A stretch of 64,000 nucleotides of DNA. Source: Azolla caroliniana (taxonomy: Eukaryota > Plantae > Polypodiophyta). The stretch's first letter is position 1. Each line of letters begins with the position of its first letter. Below, one piece after another: positions 1 through 14,091 of this stretch. The translations under genes and the position numbers were made by a program. The notes beneath the pieces were generated by a model. That model made no database searches. It had not been told where the DNA came from and saw only the letters and a list, made by a program, of their open reading frames with translations. The DNA is taken from NCBI GenBank assembly GCA_043228905.1, contig JBHGNT010000012.1:16120001-16184000 (forward strand), in the 5' to 3' direction.

Positions 1-62
1 AAGTAACCAGTTAGCCCAAACACTAGCTATCTATTTGTTTCCAACCTTATATTTAGCAAGTT

Positions 63-65
<3 letters not shown>

Positions 66-110
<45 letters not shown>
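66..110. repeat. (CT)n microsatellite
   Basis: Pure CT dinucleotide run. Confidence 0.95.
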
Positions 111-116
<6 letters not shown>

Positions 117-759
117 CAATATATATATTTCATTTTCTTATTGGTTGAAGGTAGAACCTACCCTCTATTGTTATTGTTAGGGTCATGACTCATCATGGCT
201 CCATACAAGTTGTATCTAAGTGTTACATGCAATAGGGCCACATCACTTAAACAATCAACTCATGATGGAGCCTCAAGCTAATGATTAAATCATGAACTCA
301 AGATTGACGGTGGAACGGACAAATCTCAATTCAACCTTCAAACTCGCTAAACACAAGAAGGTTGTAGAACTTTAATTGCACAAGGATTCAAAACTCATAA
401 GACACCTTGAATGCAAGAGAGCTCAACACAAAGGCCATTTAACTCAAGAGAGATCTTAAACTCATGAGTGTCATAGACACACAAAAGTTTTTTACTCTAG
501 TTCACTCCAATCTCCAATTTTATAAAATAATAATATTTGAACCACGGCGAGAACTATTATGCTCACAACTGAGTACAACTCATGAAAGAGTTCAAATTAA
601 TGACTGAATATCAAAAGATGAATGAATCTAGAAGTTCAAACATGTAACCCAAAATCTACACATGTTTCTATGATATCTCGGATTTCTAACTTCGACTAGT
701 TTAGGGTTGTTTATATATTTAAGAAGTTGTTTTTCTAGGATTCTAACTTTGAAGGATAC

Positions 760-1100
760 TGTCACAATCGAAGATTTGAAGGCGATGTCGATTTTGAAGA
801 AAAGAAGATAATAACAAAACAAGAAGACAAGAATTTGTATTACTCGAAGACCAAGATGACAAGGGTGTTGAAGACTAGTGTTGAACCGGAATAGTTCAAC
901 ACTAAGCAGATCTTCCACTTATATAGCATACATACGATCATGCATGATCGCCACTTGGCATAATACATGTGTGCCACTTGGCAATCATCCATTGTGTTTA
1001 GTGTCCCATAACTCTAAATAATAATAGTATGAAAACATATTTATTAATTTAAATAAGTGGGCGTTATGGTTAAAGTGTAAGACCTTGACATTTTGTGACA
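760..1100 (-). repeat. 3' LTR of chromovirus H
   Basis: TGTCACA...TGTGACA inverted termini; adjacent minus-strand PPT AAAGGAGGGGATGA (1101-1114); minus-strand TATA-like CTATATAAG near 920. Confidence 0.65.
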
Positions 1101-1160
1101 TCATCCCCTCCTTTGACAACGAGTTCCAAGAGTCGCAATGCATGAACTAGGTTTTGGTTT

Positions 1161-1593
1161 TGTTGAGAATCAAGCTCAACCTAACCTTGTGTGTGAACAC
1201 ACCCTTTGCGAATCTATGAGCACTCAAAGGTCAAGAGTCATACCACTACTTTCTACACATTAACTATGTGTCATAGAATCATATTCTATGACACATAACT
1301 AATGAGTTACATATTCCCCATGACTATGAGTCTTGACATTCCCCAAGAGAGAGTGGTTGTTGTAGTTAGTTAATGAAGAGAGAGGGTGACTATATATAAA
1401 GCACCTTCCTCATACTTCATATTAAGTCGGTTGTGACTCCTTGTAATTCTACATTTTATATTTCATATTCTACTTGTGAATATACATCTTCTTTTTCTTG
1501 AGTATTTCATTTCTCTAGCTTATCTATCTTGTGTTTCTCTTCTCTTCTCTCTTTTCTCTCACACATAACACATATCATACCCGATTCTTTACA
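1161..1593 (+). repeat. 5' LTR of Copia A
   Basis: TGTTGAGAATC...CTTTACA; direct repeat of 20922-21374; followed by a tRNA-iMet PBS. Confidence 0.95.
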
Positions 1594-1742
1594 TGGTATC
1601 GGAGCGGTTTGGTAGCCCATATGCGTGTGTTGTGTCTATGCCGACGTTCGAGAAGAACCGGTCCATCGCTATCGTAGTGCGACTACATAGCTCGTATTCA
1701 AGAGAGAAGGAAAAGAAAAGAAGGAAGAAATCTTCATCGAAA

Positions 1743-3783
1743 ATGAATGCTCAAATGGGGAACGCTCTCCCTAGCAAGAAGCTAGATCAAAACAACTTTG
1801 AATCTTGGGAGTACAAGATGCACCAATACCTTGTCGGCCAAGGCTATTGAAACTACATCAAAGGAGCACAAGAAAATCGACTTGACCCAACAACCCGTGA
1901 ATACTCAACATGGGAGCAAGCTGCGAGCTGAGTAATATATTGCATGGTGACATGTGTTCGTGAACACATGCTCGGTTACATTCGAGAAGCCAAGACGCCG
2001 AAGGAAGCATGGGAGAATCTTAGGAAGATTTTTGCGGCCAATACAACCACACGATAGCTTCGACTCTGCCAAGAGTTGAACAACATTCAACAAAGAGACA
2101 TGTTCATCACAAGCTACACCTTGAAGATCAAGGAGCTTTACGATTCACTAAGCTCAATAAGCGTTGATGTGGAGGATGATGAGATGGTGCAAATATGCCT
2201 CGGTGGCCTCGCACCACGGTTCGGCGCGATGAGGACCACCGTACTAACAAGGCAGAATTCTCCCTCTTTCTTTGATCTTCAATCCATGTTGTTGGTTGAA
2301 GAAAACCATGTTCGAACAAGGAGCAACACCTCGGAAGACCACATGCTCTACACACATTCGAATGGAGGAAGAGGACGGGGCCGAGCAAGAGGCTGATTCG
2401 GCCAAGGACGAGGTGGATGAGGTCCGACTTATGAAAACAACTCCCAATTTCGACAACAAGACGGAAGCCATCGAGGACCCTTCGAAAGAAGGGGGAGCTT
2501 CCATTCCGGTTTGAGCAGACAAACCTTGATCGAATGTGGATATTGTGGAACAATCGGCCACCATGAAGAAGAGTGCCGAAAGAAGAAGCGTGAGTTGGCT
2601 TCCACAAGCCGACAAATCACCAATTACGCCACCAACTCTGACTATGAAGATCATGGTGGAATGTTCGTGATGAGACATAGAGAAAATTCTATGTCAGCCT
2701 CTACTTCAAATAATGCCTCTAGTTCGGAAGACGTATGGTTCGTCGACTCCGGTGCCTCGAACCATATGACTTCTCATCAAGAATGGTTCGGAGAACTTTG
2801 AGAGCCCGATTGGAGACGACACTACTCATCCGATTCGGCACATTGGCAATGTTCCATTCGGTAAAGAAGGTAACCAAACTTACATTAAGAATGTCTTGGA
2901 TGTACCAACAATCACAAAGAATTTGGTTTCCGTCGGCCAAATTGTTGAGCAAGGGATGCAAGTTTGATTTAATCAAGGAGGTTGCTTCATCGAGAAAAAG
3001 GGTTGACTCATCGCTCGTGGACGAAGAGAGGGTCAAATGTTCATTCTTGACTCGCACGAGATGAAATTGGCCATGTTTGCAAAAGGAACCAAAGCTGACA
3101 CTGACATAGAGTTGTGGCACAAGCGGATTGGCCACATCAACCTCCAAAAGCTCAAGGCAATGCAATCAAAAGGAGTCGTCATCGGACTCCTGACCTTCAA
3201 AGAGAAAGAGATTGAAGGTGTATGTGCGGCCTGCCAATTCGGCAAGCAACATCGGCACCCGTTTCCGAAGAAGAGGAACATGAGCAAAGGTGTACTCGAC
3301 GTAATTTATTCTGATGTGTGGGGACCAGTTCAAATGGCTACATTCGATGGATGCCGATACTATGTGGCCTTCATTGATGACTTCTCCAGGCACACCTGGA
3401 TCTACCCCATGCGGCAAAAGAGTGAAGTGTTCAGACACTTCCAAAATTTCAAGAGTGGAGTTAAAAAAAAAACAAGATGACATGTATGATGTCTTCGGTC
3501 GGATGGAGGAAAAGAGTACTTCTCCGATGAATTTTCGGCTTTTCTTCGGAAAGATGGAATTCGGCACGAGTTTTTGTGTCGACATACGCCACACCAGAAT
3601 GGAGTAGCCAAACAAAAGAATCGGCACATCCTCAAAATAGCATGGGCCATGCTTAACGAGAAGCACATGCCGAAGTCATACTGGGTAGAAGCCGCCAACA
3701 CAACCGTCTACCTAATGAACCAATGTACAACATCCGACGTGCATGAGGTTACCCGCACGAGAAGTTTTTTGGAAAGAAGTTGG
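1743..3783 (+). pseudogene. Copia A gag-protease-integrase, disrupted
   Basis: Gag (NFESWEYKMHQYL), CCHC knuckle (CGYCGTIGHHEEEC), protease WFVDSGASNHMT, GAG-pre-integrase LWHKRIGH, rve SDVWGP..FIDDFSR; many stops and frameshifts. Confidence 0.92.
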
Positions 3784-4847
3784 TGTTGTCTCTGCGTTGG
3801 AGATAACACCTTCGATTACTTCTAAGGTAATCGGGTCAAGGGGTCGTGGTACGTAGTGGTGGACAAGAAACTCGGGATTGCACGACTAGTTGATTTCGCA
3901 AAATTGTCGGCCACAACCGGCCTTGTAAATTGTACTTGAAATTAAGATAGCAAATCCAAATAACATAGATAGATGCTTGAACAGATTAGACCCACAAAGA
4001 TAGATATATTAATAGATTTAGATGCAAAGGTTACACGGCTCCTGGCCAGAGTTCTATTCTCATACACTTAGACAAATAACAGTAATCCTCTCTAGACTAG
4101 TGTATATATCTATCCCTCTAATTTTGCTCCTCGTTTTTGCTTGGCGTGCTTCAGTCAATCCTTTCTTCTCAGCCTTCATTCTCGGTTGTAAGTATTCTGT
4201 TACCTTCCTCATTCTCAGTTGTCTTTTTTCACCTATTTTACCTACTCATATCCTTAGATTTGTTTCACATTGTATCCCTTTTGTCCCACGGTGTCGTGAA
4301 GTTGATGCTTCACGATGTCAAAAAAATATCAAAAATCTATAGAAATATCATCTAGAGCTTGTGACGAGGAGCATGTACTATTTTTCGGTTCGTGAATCGG
4401 AGTTCAGAAGCCCAAGATATAGCCTTCGGAACGATTAATGCTACTCGGGACACAAATGTAGTTATGTCAAAAGGGGGATTCGAAATTAAATAAGAGCGAT
4501 TTTGTAAGTTCTCAAATGTACAATTACAAAATCGAATTTATAAAATTTATCAATAAATAAATAATTTTTTTAAATAATAATAATAGGGTAAAAGCATGTG
4601 AGTGGAAACACTATTATAGCTAATTAGCTACTAAAATGGTCACAACTAATTAGCTATTTGTTTAGCTAGTTTTTTGTGGGAAAATCATAAGGATGGTTTA
4701 CGAAATTTTATGTTTTATTAGTTAAATACATGTCATTTAAATTTATGAGAATACTCAAATTACAAATTTCAGATTACTGTCTCAAAAGTGTTGTAATTTT
4801 GCACCAAATTCACATTAAAAATTTTGTTTTTGCACCAATTCTGATTA

Positions 4848-7800
4848 TTGATTTTCTATTTCTGGTGGCTCATTCCTCCCTATCCTAGAGTGTTGGACTT
4901 CATAAAATTTTGCGAGACAAAGGAGGACTTTCACAACATATATGGTATGTCGCTCGAGGGCATTGACCCTACTGTTCTAAGAGATAGATTGATTAGTGAT
5001 ATAGACTGGATGTCAGTATATAAAGTGCCTAGACTGAAAGGCAAGGTCAAGCTCAAGCTTGTACGACCGGACGTGTACGACGACTACATGAGACTGCACC
5101 AGAAAGTACATCAAGAGATCCCGGTCAACAACGAGTTGTTCGTTTCATTTGCTAGAGCTTTTGCATACGAGTATTGCAAAACAACGAAGGAATCTCGTGA
5201 CCCTGAAATGTATAGGGTAGCTTGCGCAATTTATGGTGAGGCATTGGTAGAAAGATGTCAGAAGATGGGGAGCTTGCAACAAAAAATGGCAAGATTTTGG
5301 AGCATGGTAGTTGATGATGCAACTGCCGACTCCCAACAAACTCGCAAGTATACGCCACACCGACACACAATGAAAGCCAATGTCAATGATACATGTGAGA
5401 CCTTGATTAGCTATATGCTAAAAAATGTCCATGAAGTCTGTGAGACATTGGAGTTTTTTAAGACTGATTTAGAGAAAGCAACATTGGTTGCTGCGATGGA
5501 GAGCAACGTCACTTTGGCAGTGACAACAATCAGAAATAAGATTCAGGTACCTACTGTTTTGCTAGTATGTAATATGTTATAAATAACTTGTACATGAAAA
5601 TGTGCTACTGAGGCATTATCTGGAACATGTTGCTCAACATGAACTTGAAATTGAGGGGTCACTAGATCCCCAACGGAAAATCAACTGCAGATAGAGATCC
5701 AGGTTCTTTCAATGAACCTGGACCTTCTAGGTGTAAATACTGTTGTTGATTACAATTTGGAAAAGCTACAAGTAAGTTAATAATTCTTGTTTCTTGTTGT
5801 TGTATCTTCCTCATTAAGGAATAATTAATCGATAAATTTCTCGGCTGCGTTGAAGGAACAATACTCCCATCAAGAACAAGTAGTTAGCTGCCTTAAGAAG
5901 CAGCTACATTTTGCGGAGGGGATGGTAAGGAGCAGACAAGAATTGGACATGAACATTCTTGCTCCCTTACCAAATGAAGGAGAACCAGGAAACGATATAT
6001 TGACTGTTCAAGCATGTTGCATCGCTTGTGGATAACGTGTAGAGGACAAATCTGCTACTCTGTTGGTTCACCTACAACCATGCTACACACATACCATATT
6101 GTTTGTTTTCAATATGCCTGTCGCATTGCTGCATTCTGTTTGGGGGATTGTAGTACAACTCTCCCAGATGAGTGGAGAAAACACACAGGTAAATTGTTGC
6201 TTGTGACCATAGTGTAGCTAATTTGTTCCATCTTTGCTAATTAGGTAAGCTGTATAAAGTGTGGAAACTATTTAGCTATTATGGTTGTAGTGTAGTAGCT
6301 AATTACCTAACATGTAGTTAATTAGCTACGTGATAGCCAATTAGCTACTACCATAGTTTAGTACAGTAGCTAATTAGCTAAGTGGTAGTTAATTAGCTAC
6401 TACCATGGTTTAGTTGAGTAACAAAGTAGCTAAGTGGTAGCTATTTAGCTACTACCATAGTTGAATATAGTAGCTAATTATCTACTACCACAGTTTGATT
6501 GAGTAACTAATTAGCTACTACCATAGTTTAGTACAGTAGCTAATTAGCTAAGTGGTAGTTAATTAGCTACTACCATACTTTAGTTAATTAGCTACTATCA
6601 TAGTTTAGTACAATAGCTAATTAGCTAAGAAGTAGCTAATTAGCTACTGGCATACTTCAGTTGAGTAGCTAATTAGCTACTACCATAGTTTAGTACAATA
6701 GCTAATTAGTTAAGTGGTAGCTAATTAGCTACTACCATACGTTAGTTGAGTAGCTAATTAGCTACTACCATAGTTTAATACAGTAGCTAATAAGCTAAAT
6801 GGTAACTAATTAGCTAAATGGTAGCTAATTAGCTAAATGGTAGTTAATTAGCTACTATCATAGTTTAGTACAATAGCTAATTAGCTAAGTAGTAGCTAAT
6901 TAGTTACTGCCATACTTCAACTGAAAGCTAATTAGCTACTACCATAGTTTAGTACAGTAGCTAATTAGCTAAGTGGTAGCTAATTAGCTACTACCATACG
7001 TTAGCTGAGTAGCTAATTAGCTAAGTTGTAGATAATTAGCTAAGTGGTAGCTCATTAGCTACTACCATAGTTTAATACAATAGTTAATTAGCTAAATGGT
7101 AGCTAATTAGCTACTACCATAGTTTAACACAGTAGCTAATTAGCTAACTGGTAGCTAATTAACTACTACCATAGTTTAGTATAGTAGCTAATTAGCTACT
7201 ACCATACGTTAGTTGAGTAGCTAATTAGCTAGTACCATAGTTTAATACAGTAGCTAATTAGCTAAATGGTAGCTAATTAGCTACTACCATAGTTTAGTAT
7301 AGTAGCTAATTAGGTAAGTGGTAGATAATTAGCTACTACCATAGTTTAGTACAATAGCTAATTAGCTAAGTGGTAGTTAATTAGCTACCACTTAGCTAAT
7401 TAGCTACTACCATAGTTTAGTACAATAGCTAATTAGCTAAGTGGTAGCTAACTAGCTACTACCATACGTATGGTAGTAGCTAATTAGCTACCACTTAGCT
7501 AATTAGCTACTACCATAGTTTAGTACAATAGCTAATTAGCTAAGTGGTAGCTAATTAGCTACTACCATACGTTAGTTGAGTAGCTAATTAACTACCACCA
7601 TAGTTTAGTACAATAGCTAATTAGCTAAGTGGAAGCTAATCAGCTACTACCATACGTTAGCTGAGTAGCTAATTAGCTACCACTTAGCTAATTAGGTACT
7701 ACCATAGTTTAGTACAATAGCTAATTAGCTAAGTAGGAGCTAATTAGCTACTACCATACTTTAGTACAATAGCTAATTAGCTAAGTGGGAGCTAATTAGC

Positions 7801-8670
7801 TACTACCATACTTTAGTTATAGTGGCTAATTAGGTAGTACCATACTTTAGTATAGTAGCTAATTAGCTAAGTGGTAGCTAATTAGCGACTACCATACTTT
7901 AGTACAATAGCTAATTAGTTAAGTGGTAGCTAATTAGCTACTACCATAGTTTAGAATAGTAGCTAATTAGCTAAGTGGTAGCTAAATAACTACTACCATA
8001 CTTTAGTTATAGTGGGTAATTAGCTAGTATCAGATTGTAGTGTAGTAGCTAATTAGCTAGTACCATACCTAAGCGAAGTAGCTAATTAGCTACTGTCATA
8101 GTCTAGAAGAATAGCTAGTTAGCTAAGATGTAGCTAATTAGCGACCATGTTGTTGTAGAATCTTGTGGATTAAGGATGGTGCATGAGGTGTCTGGTGCTG
8201 ATGACGCTGCAACCGATGAGGAGATAGTTGCCAACGTGGCTGAAAGTAAGAGTCCTGTTATCACATCTCCTTCAGATAAACTCCACCCTATTCTTTTGGA
8301 AGATGGTAATGAATTAGGCAACGATATGAAAAGCGATGAAATATTGGAAACAACATGTAAATCTGAGGTTCACAACAATAGTGTTTTTGAACACTTGATG
8401 CAACATTTCTTCGAATCCCAAAACCTTGATTCCACCCCATTGAGCCCAATTACTGATAATGTCCAAACAGATCCCATTGTACTGGAAAAGCTAGTGCATG
8501 ACGCGGTTGACCTGCAAGCTGCTGCTGAGGTGATGGAAAGGTTGTCGGAGGAGGACACACTTGCGCAATGGGTCAAAGAAGCAAGGCTAAATGGACAACC
8601 GGCTAGAAAAAGGCTGAAGAAGGGGCCACAATCGGGGACAAGACCAGTTAATCGGTCAAGGGGCTCTTGA
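4848..8670 (+). pseudogene. Sola2 passenger gene 1: multi-exon, unknown N-terminal domain, coiled-coil, RING-like finger, acidic/basic tail
   Basis: ORFs 4848-5582, 5850-6188 and 8176-8670. CIAC..HTYHIVC...C...C pattern split by a stop/frameshift. GT donor at 6189 and AG acceptor at 8158 bracket the satellite. Confidence 0.55.
6270..8140. repeat. Degenerate satellite built on palindrome TAGCTAATTAGCTA with linkers CTACCATAGTTTAGTACAG / AGTGG
   Basis: Dozens of directly visible copies; lies in a predicted intron. Confidence 0.95.
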
Positions 8671-9360
8671 ATTGGAGCGAAATACTTATTAGTGGGATAT
8701 GATTGTTAGCGATTTTCCTAGGGTTTTATGATATTTTACTATGAATTATTTGGACAAGTAAAACCTCAGATTGGTTGTTGCTCTAAGCACATTATGTAAT
8801 GGAACTCTATGATGTTTCTCCAAGATAATTATGTTCATGTTGTTCTATGATGGAAAATATTTCATGTTCATTATGTTGTTTTGTGAGACTGTTAGTTACT
8901 TTGTGAGTGTGAATATGTTGGTGTTTTCTGATGTTGCAGAGTCTAAAGGGTTTGAATCTATTGCTCCTAAGGCCGATGACAGTGTGGAAACTATTGATGT
9001 TGGTGTTTAGAGGGCCACATGTTGAAAGTAGATGTAGCAACTAACACAAATGATCTGGTCATGCAAGTTTATCAAGCATGTTGCACAGATGATTTGATTT
9101 TGCAGGTAGATGCAACATGTGATACTAGTGGGTTGATATTGACCATATCAGTATCTACATGCATCGAGCCAATGACTACATTGACAACACAAGAGCACCA
9201 GCATGTGAAGCTAGGCCCAACACAGTGGACCAAGGGTTTGAAGAGGAAAAGGACACCAATTGTGGCGACAAAACCTGAGTTGATTGAAATCGATCGTGTG
9301 CTACTAGTAATTGGTGTAACAGAGGCTCAGTTATAGGAATGGAAACCTAAACCATTAGAA

Positions 9361-9900
9361 GTCAAAAGAAGAGCCTTGATCTTGGAGCTTGATAAAGTCT
9401 TGATGAGTGTGCAATATATGACACCAAGGACGGACGCAAATCAATTTCTGGAGTGGGCTGTGCAATACTTTGATTTGTTTATTTGGAGCGAAAAACCACG
9501 TACAGATGTGTGGAAGTATGTAGAAAGATTCTTCCCGAAGTGGCGACAACATTTCAAGGGTCAGTGGACATGAGAGAATTGTGAGCAGAAGGATGTTGCA
9601 AGTTTCAAAAGACTTTCTGATTTTTGGGACACTTGGCCAGATTATAATGCCCGCAATACATTGATTCTGGATACAGAACATTTCCGACATTACTTCAGCA
9701 TTCGCAGATGCTGTCTCATTCTACCCGATGAAATGCCTGAACACTATTTGGTGAAAACATTGAGCTGCCAACTAGCTACATGGTTGTAGACTGCATACCT
9801 AGCTCGGTATGCAGATAATATATGTAGAGAAGTTCCACTGACCAACAAGAGCTTAGCTGTTTATAGGCGATTTGAAGACATTGGCAATGGGATGTTATAA
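9361..9900 (+). pseudogene. Sola2 passenger gene 2: FCP1/NIF (HAD-family CTD-phosphatase)-like domain
   Basis: Reading through stops: RALILELDKVLM..PRTDANQFLEWAVQYFDLFIWSEK..WT*ENC..FKRLSDFW..YNARNTLILDTE..CCLILP. This follows the NIF domain motif order; the DxDxT motif is altered. Confidence 0.6.
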
Positions 9901-10282
9901 ATATGTAATTTGCTACCACTTAATCAATGAAGAATTACATTGCTTGTTTTGAGTAACTTATCTACTGTGTAATTTTAAGTGTATGTTCAGGATTGCTGAT
10001 TTCATGATAGTGCTTTTTCTTAAAATTATGCAAACTATTTTAACTTGTACATGGTTCACTTGAGTAAATCTGTATCTCAGAAAGAAGAACCCTTAACGAT
10101 ATTTTAAACTGTATATTAGAAAGAAGATTGTATATAAAAATGACACATAATTTTGTTGAGAAAGAAGCACAAAAAGTAAACTATATATAAAAAAAAACTC
10201 CCAAACAGGTCCATTAAATTGTTTATTTGCAATACATGTGCTTTGTTTGTTTTACAAGTAAACTGGTAATTGCTACTTGTAG

Positions 10283-13200
10283 CTACAAATTCCATGGCAT
10301 ACTATTGTAAATACATTCATACACATTAGCACTAATTGCGTATAAACTTGAGCAGCTATTGTATTGCGACATTGGGACATTGATGCACTTGACCAAATGA
10401 GAGTACATGTACGCCACTAGTTTGTCTTCTAATAGCATATACACATAATTGTAATCATCTAGTCTTGCATAAAAAATACCTTCGATGTAGAATGTCCTGG
10501 TAGATACAACATTTCCCCAAGCATCTAATATATTCTGCATTGCACACTGTTTACTAACCGTGCACTTCAATATATAGAAATCAACACCCTCTGATTTGCC
10601 TTCTTCTGCATTTACAGCGAAATTATCCCCAACATTTAAGACATCACTCAGAGTATCTCCACGTCCTTGATATGTGAAGTCAACATTCTTTTCTGTTTCT
10701 CCATCAACTGCTTCCTTATCGTTCAATGTATGATACTCCCAATTCTGAATATATCCTTTGTTTAAACAATACCTCCAATTTCCCTGCACACAGTGGAAGC
10801 AAAAAAAAAGTTAATTCTCTAACCGCAATACAATGACCATCCAACCTAGAATAACCGTGAACAGCATGGAGAGATCGCAATTCGGGAATTCCTTGGCACT
10901 CCCAGGTCTTCTCGCTATTTACTTCATCTATCTTCACTTCCCAAAATTCACGTTTGATATCTCGGACCTGCGAGGAATAAACACCAGTTGCACTCGTTGA
11001 CATATTAGCTCTTAAAAATTCAACTACATGTGCTACACAATTCATCTGCACACCATCTGCCTTTAGTTGTTCATGGGTAAGTGCTCGCTTTATAACAACA
11101 CCTGCACCATCATGTTCACCTTTACCATGGCTAGACCCAAAAAAAATCCATCTCATCTCCAAACCTGTTATAGCAGGATACCTCCCCACAAAATAAAATG
11201 GACGTCTAGCCTTGAATTGTGACGCAGCTCCATCAGACCAAAGCCAATGTTGAGTAAGCTCCAAACGTTTAGCTAATAACCATTGCCAATGTAAGTTAAA
11301 ACAATGTTGGACGAACAAGGTATCCTACTTCTTATCATCAGAAATAAAAAAATGAATTACTTTTTTAACATCACCTGAAACTCGAAAATATGTTATGTGC
11401 ACAAAAATGGTTACCTGCGCTGAACACCAATGCATAGATTGAATTTCATTCTGCAGCTTGAAAGTATAATTCTCTAAGAAATCTACTATTGAGACTACTA
11501 CATCATTTGGAAAATCAGATATGCAAGTCTTAAATTGATGGGCTTGCCATGAATAAATGAAGTTGTGTTTAATGAACTTTCCTAGAGATACTACAAATAG
11601 AGACGCCAAATCCCTTGGTTTAAGCAACTTCCTAACTAGATCCTTTCTTTTACACACCTTTCCTTTGAAATTGGTGTCAACTGACTCAAATAACTTGATA
11701 GAGATTAATATTTCACTACTCAATTCATTTGGAAACCACCTAAATCTACTAGGGCCACAATGTTGACCTAAACCCATGAAACATTTATGACTGTGGAAGA
11801 TGGCCTCGGTTTCTCTCGGACACAATACTGAATCTAAAAGACAACTCATGGAAGAGATAACATGCTCAGATGATAAATTGGGCACTCACAAGTGCAAATT
11901 GCATTTGTTAGGGAGGCAGAGTCCTTGAGAAAACCCATTAGTACATGGTAAATGAAACAACATGTGTATCGATCCTTCAAGCGTCACACAAAGTGTCGTT
12001 TAAGAGACTCGAATGTTCGTAGTTGAACTTTGATATTTGGATGCATTCGCCCGAACCTAATAAATAAATCGACCTGCGTAATAAAATGGACATACTGATT
12101 ATCTCTATGGCTAAGTGGTAGCTAATTAGCTACTACCATAGTTTAGTACAGTAGCTAATTAGCTACCACTACCATAGTTTAGTACAGTAGCTAATTAGCT
12201 AAGTGGTAACTAATTAGCTACTACCATAGTTTAGTACAGTAACTAATAAGCTAAGTCGTAGCTAATTAACGACTACCATAGTTTAGTACAATAGCTAATT
12301 AGCTAAGTGGTAGATAATTAGCTACTACCATAGTTTAGTACACTAGTTCTCTTGTCTAAGTGGTAGCTAATTAGCTACTACCATAGTTTAGTACAGTAGC
12401 TAATTAGCTAAGTGGTAGCTAATTAGCTACTACCATACTTTAGTTGAGTAGCTAATTAGCTAAGTGGTAGATAATTAGCTACTACCATAGTTTAATACAA
12501 TAGCTAATTAGCAAAATGGTAGCTAATTAGCTACTCCCATAGTTTAGTAAAGTAGGTAATTAGCTGAGTGGTAGCTAATTAACTACTACAATAGTGTAGT
12601 ACAGTAGCTAATTAGCTAAGTGGTAGCTAATTAGTGACTACCATAGTTTAGTACAATAGTTAATTAGCTACCACTTAGCTACCGTACTTTAGTTGAGTAG
12701 CTAATTAGCTACTACCATAGTTTAATACAATAGCTAATTAGCTACTCCCATGGTTTAGTACAGTAGGTAATTAGCTAAGTGGTAGCTAATTAGCTACTAC
12801 CATAGTGTAGTATAGTAGCTAATTAGCGACTACCATAGTTTAGTACAATAGCTAATTAGCTACCACTTAGCTAATTAGCTACTACCATACTTTAGTTGAG
12901 TAGCTAATTAGCTAAGTGGTAGCTAATTAGCTAGTACCATAGTTTAGTACAGTAGCTAACTAGCTACTACCATAGTTTAGTATAGTAGGTAATTAGTTAA
13001 GTGGTAGCCAATTAGCTACTACCATAGTTTAGTATAGTAGCTAATTAGCTAAGTGGTAGCTAATTATCTACTACCATACTTTAGTTATAGTAGCTAATTA
13101 GTGACTACTATACTTTAGCTGAGTCACTAATTAGCTAACTGGTAGCTAAATACCTACTACCATAACTCAACTGAGTAGCTAATTAGCTAAGTGGTAGCTA

Positions 13201-14091
13201 ATTAGCTACTACCATACTTTAGCCGAGTAGCTAATTAGCTAAGCAGTAGCTAATTAGCTACTACCATAGTTGAGTAAAGTAGATAATTAGCTACTACCAT
13301 AGTTGAGTAAAGTAGCTAATTAGCTACTGGCATAGTTTAGTACAATAGCTATTCCAAGGTAGCTAATAACCTAACTAACTAAGCTCAAAAGTCAAAACAA
13401 GTGTTGAGATAAATGTAAATACATGAGGTACATCAAGAAGATGAATGGGATGCTCGTCGTATTGACTCCTTCCAACACGTTTCTTGCATAAATCCTTCGT
13501 ATTGGGTGAAACCTTACTCTCATTAGTCCAAAATATTGTGATTATATCCTTGATTTCTGATGTTATGGGTGTCAGTGGCTTACATCTTGTTGTTAGCTTT
13601 AGTAGACTAGTTCTTTCACCCGAAGAAACTATCCGGTTCAATGCATTGTACACACTTTTTCTACTAACACCAATTACCTTAGATAGCACACTGATGTTAA
13701 TATCGTCAACATCATTATTAAGTAACGTCATTAGACTAGACCTTTTTAAGACAAGATCATTTTCTGACCTGCTCATGGATACGAAACTATTATGGAGATT
13801 ATTTACTAGTACAAATGTTATGTTTGCATTAAGACCATCACAATCAACTAACTCCTTTATCGATGGATCATTTAACATTCCATAAGGTACTACCTTCTTG
13901 TCTTCATTGCTGATGTGCTTGGTTTGAATATTGAAATAGTCTACAACCTTTCTCTCTATGATAGTAGTCTCATTACTTCCATTCTCAGTGATATTTAGAC
14001 CTATATCGCAACCAATACTATCTTTACCTTTAGTGAGTGTGGCTTTCGTATCCTTCAACAATTGACAATGTTTTCTTTTTTTTCTGCCCAA
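10283..14091 (-). pseudogene. Sola2-type transposase, intron-containing and disrupted
   Basis: HPNIKVQLRTFESLK..TCCFIYH; C..CFMGLGQHC; VDFLENYTFKLQNEIQSMHW..QVTI; FISDDKK; WSDGAASQFK; FFGSSHGKGEHDGAG..K. Predicted intron ~12074-13422. Confidence 0.8.
12108..13380. repeat. Second array of the TAGCTAATTAGCTA satellite, in the transposase intron
   Basis: Same units and same plus-strand orientation as 6270-8140. Confidence 0.95.

Noticed and set aside
180-620. Recurring AACTCA(T)GA motif region
   Set aside because: Too degenerate to define a unit or boundaries; probably part of an element extending left of the window.
6270-8140. CRISPR-like array of palindromic repeats
   Set aside because: The linkers are themselves repeated rather than unique spacers, there are no cas genes, and the context is eukaryotic and intronic.
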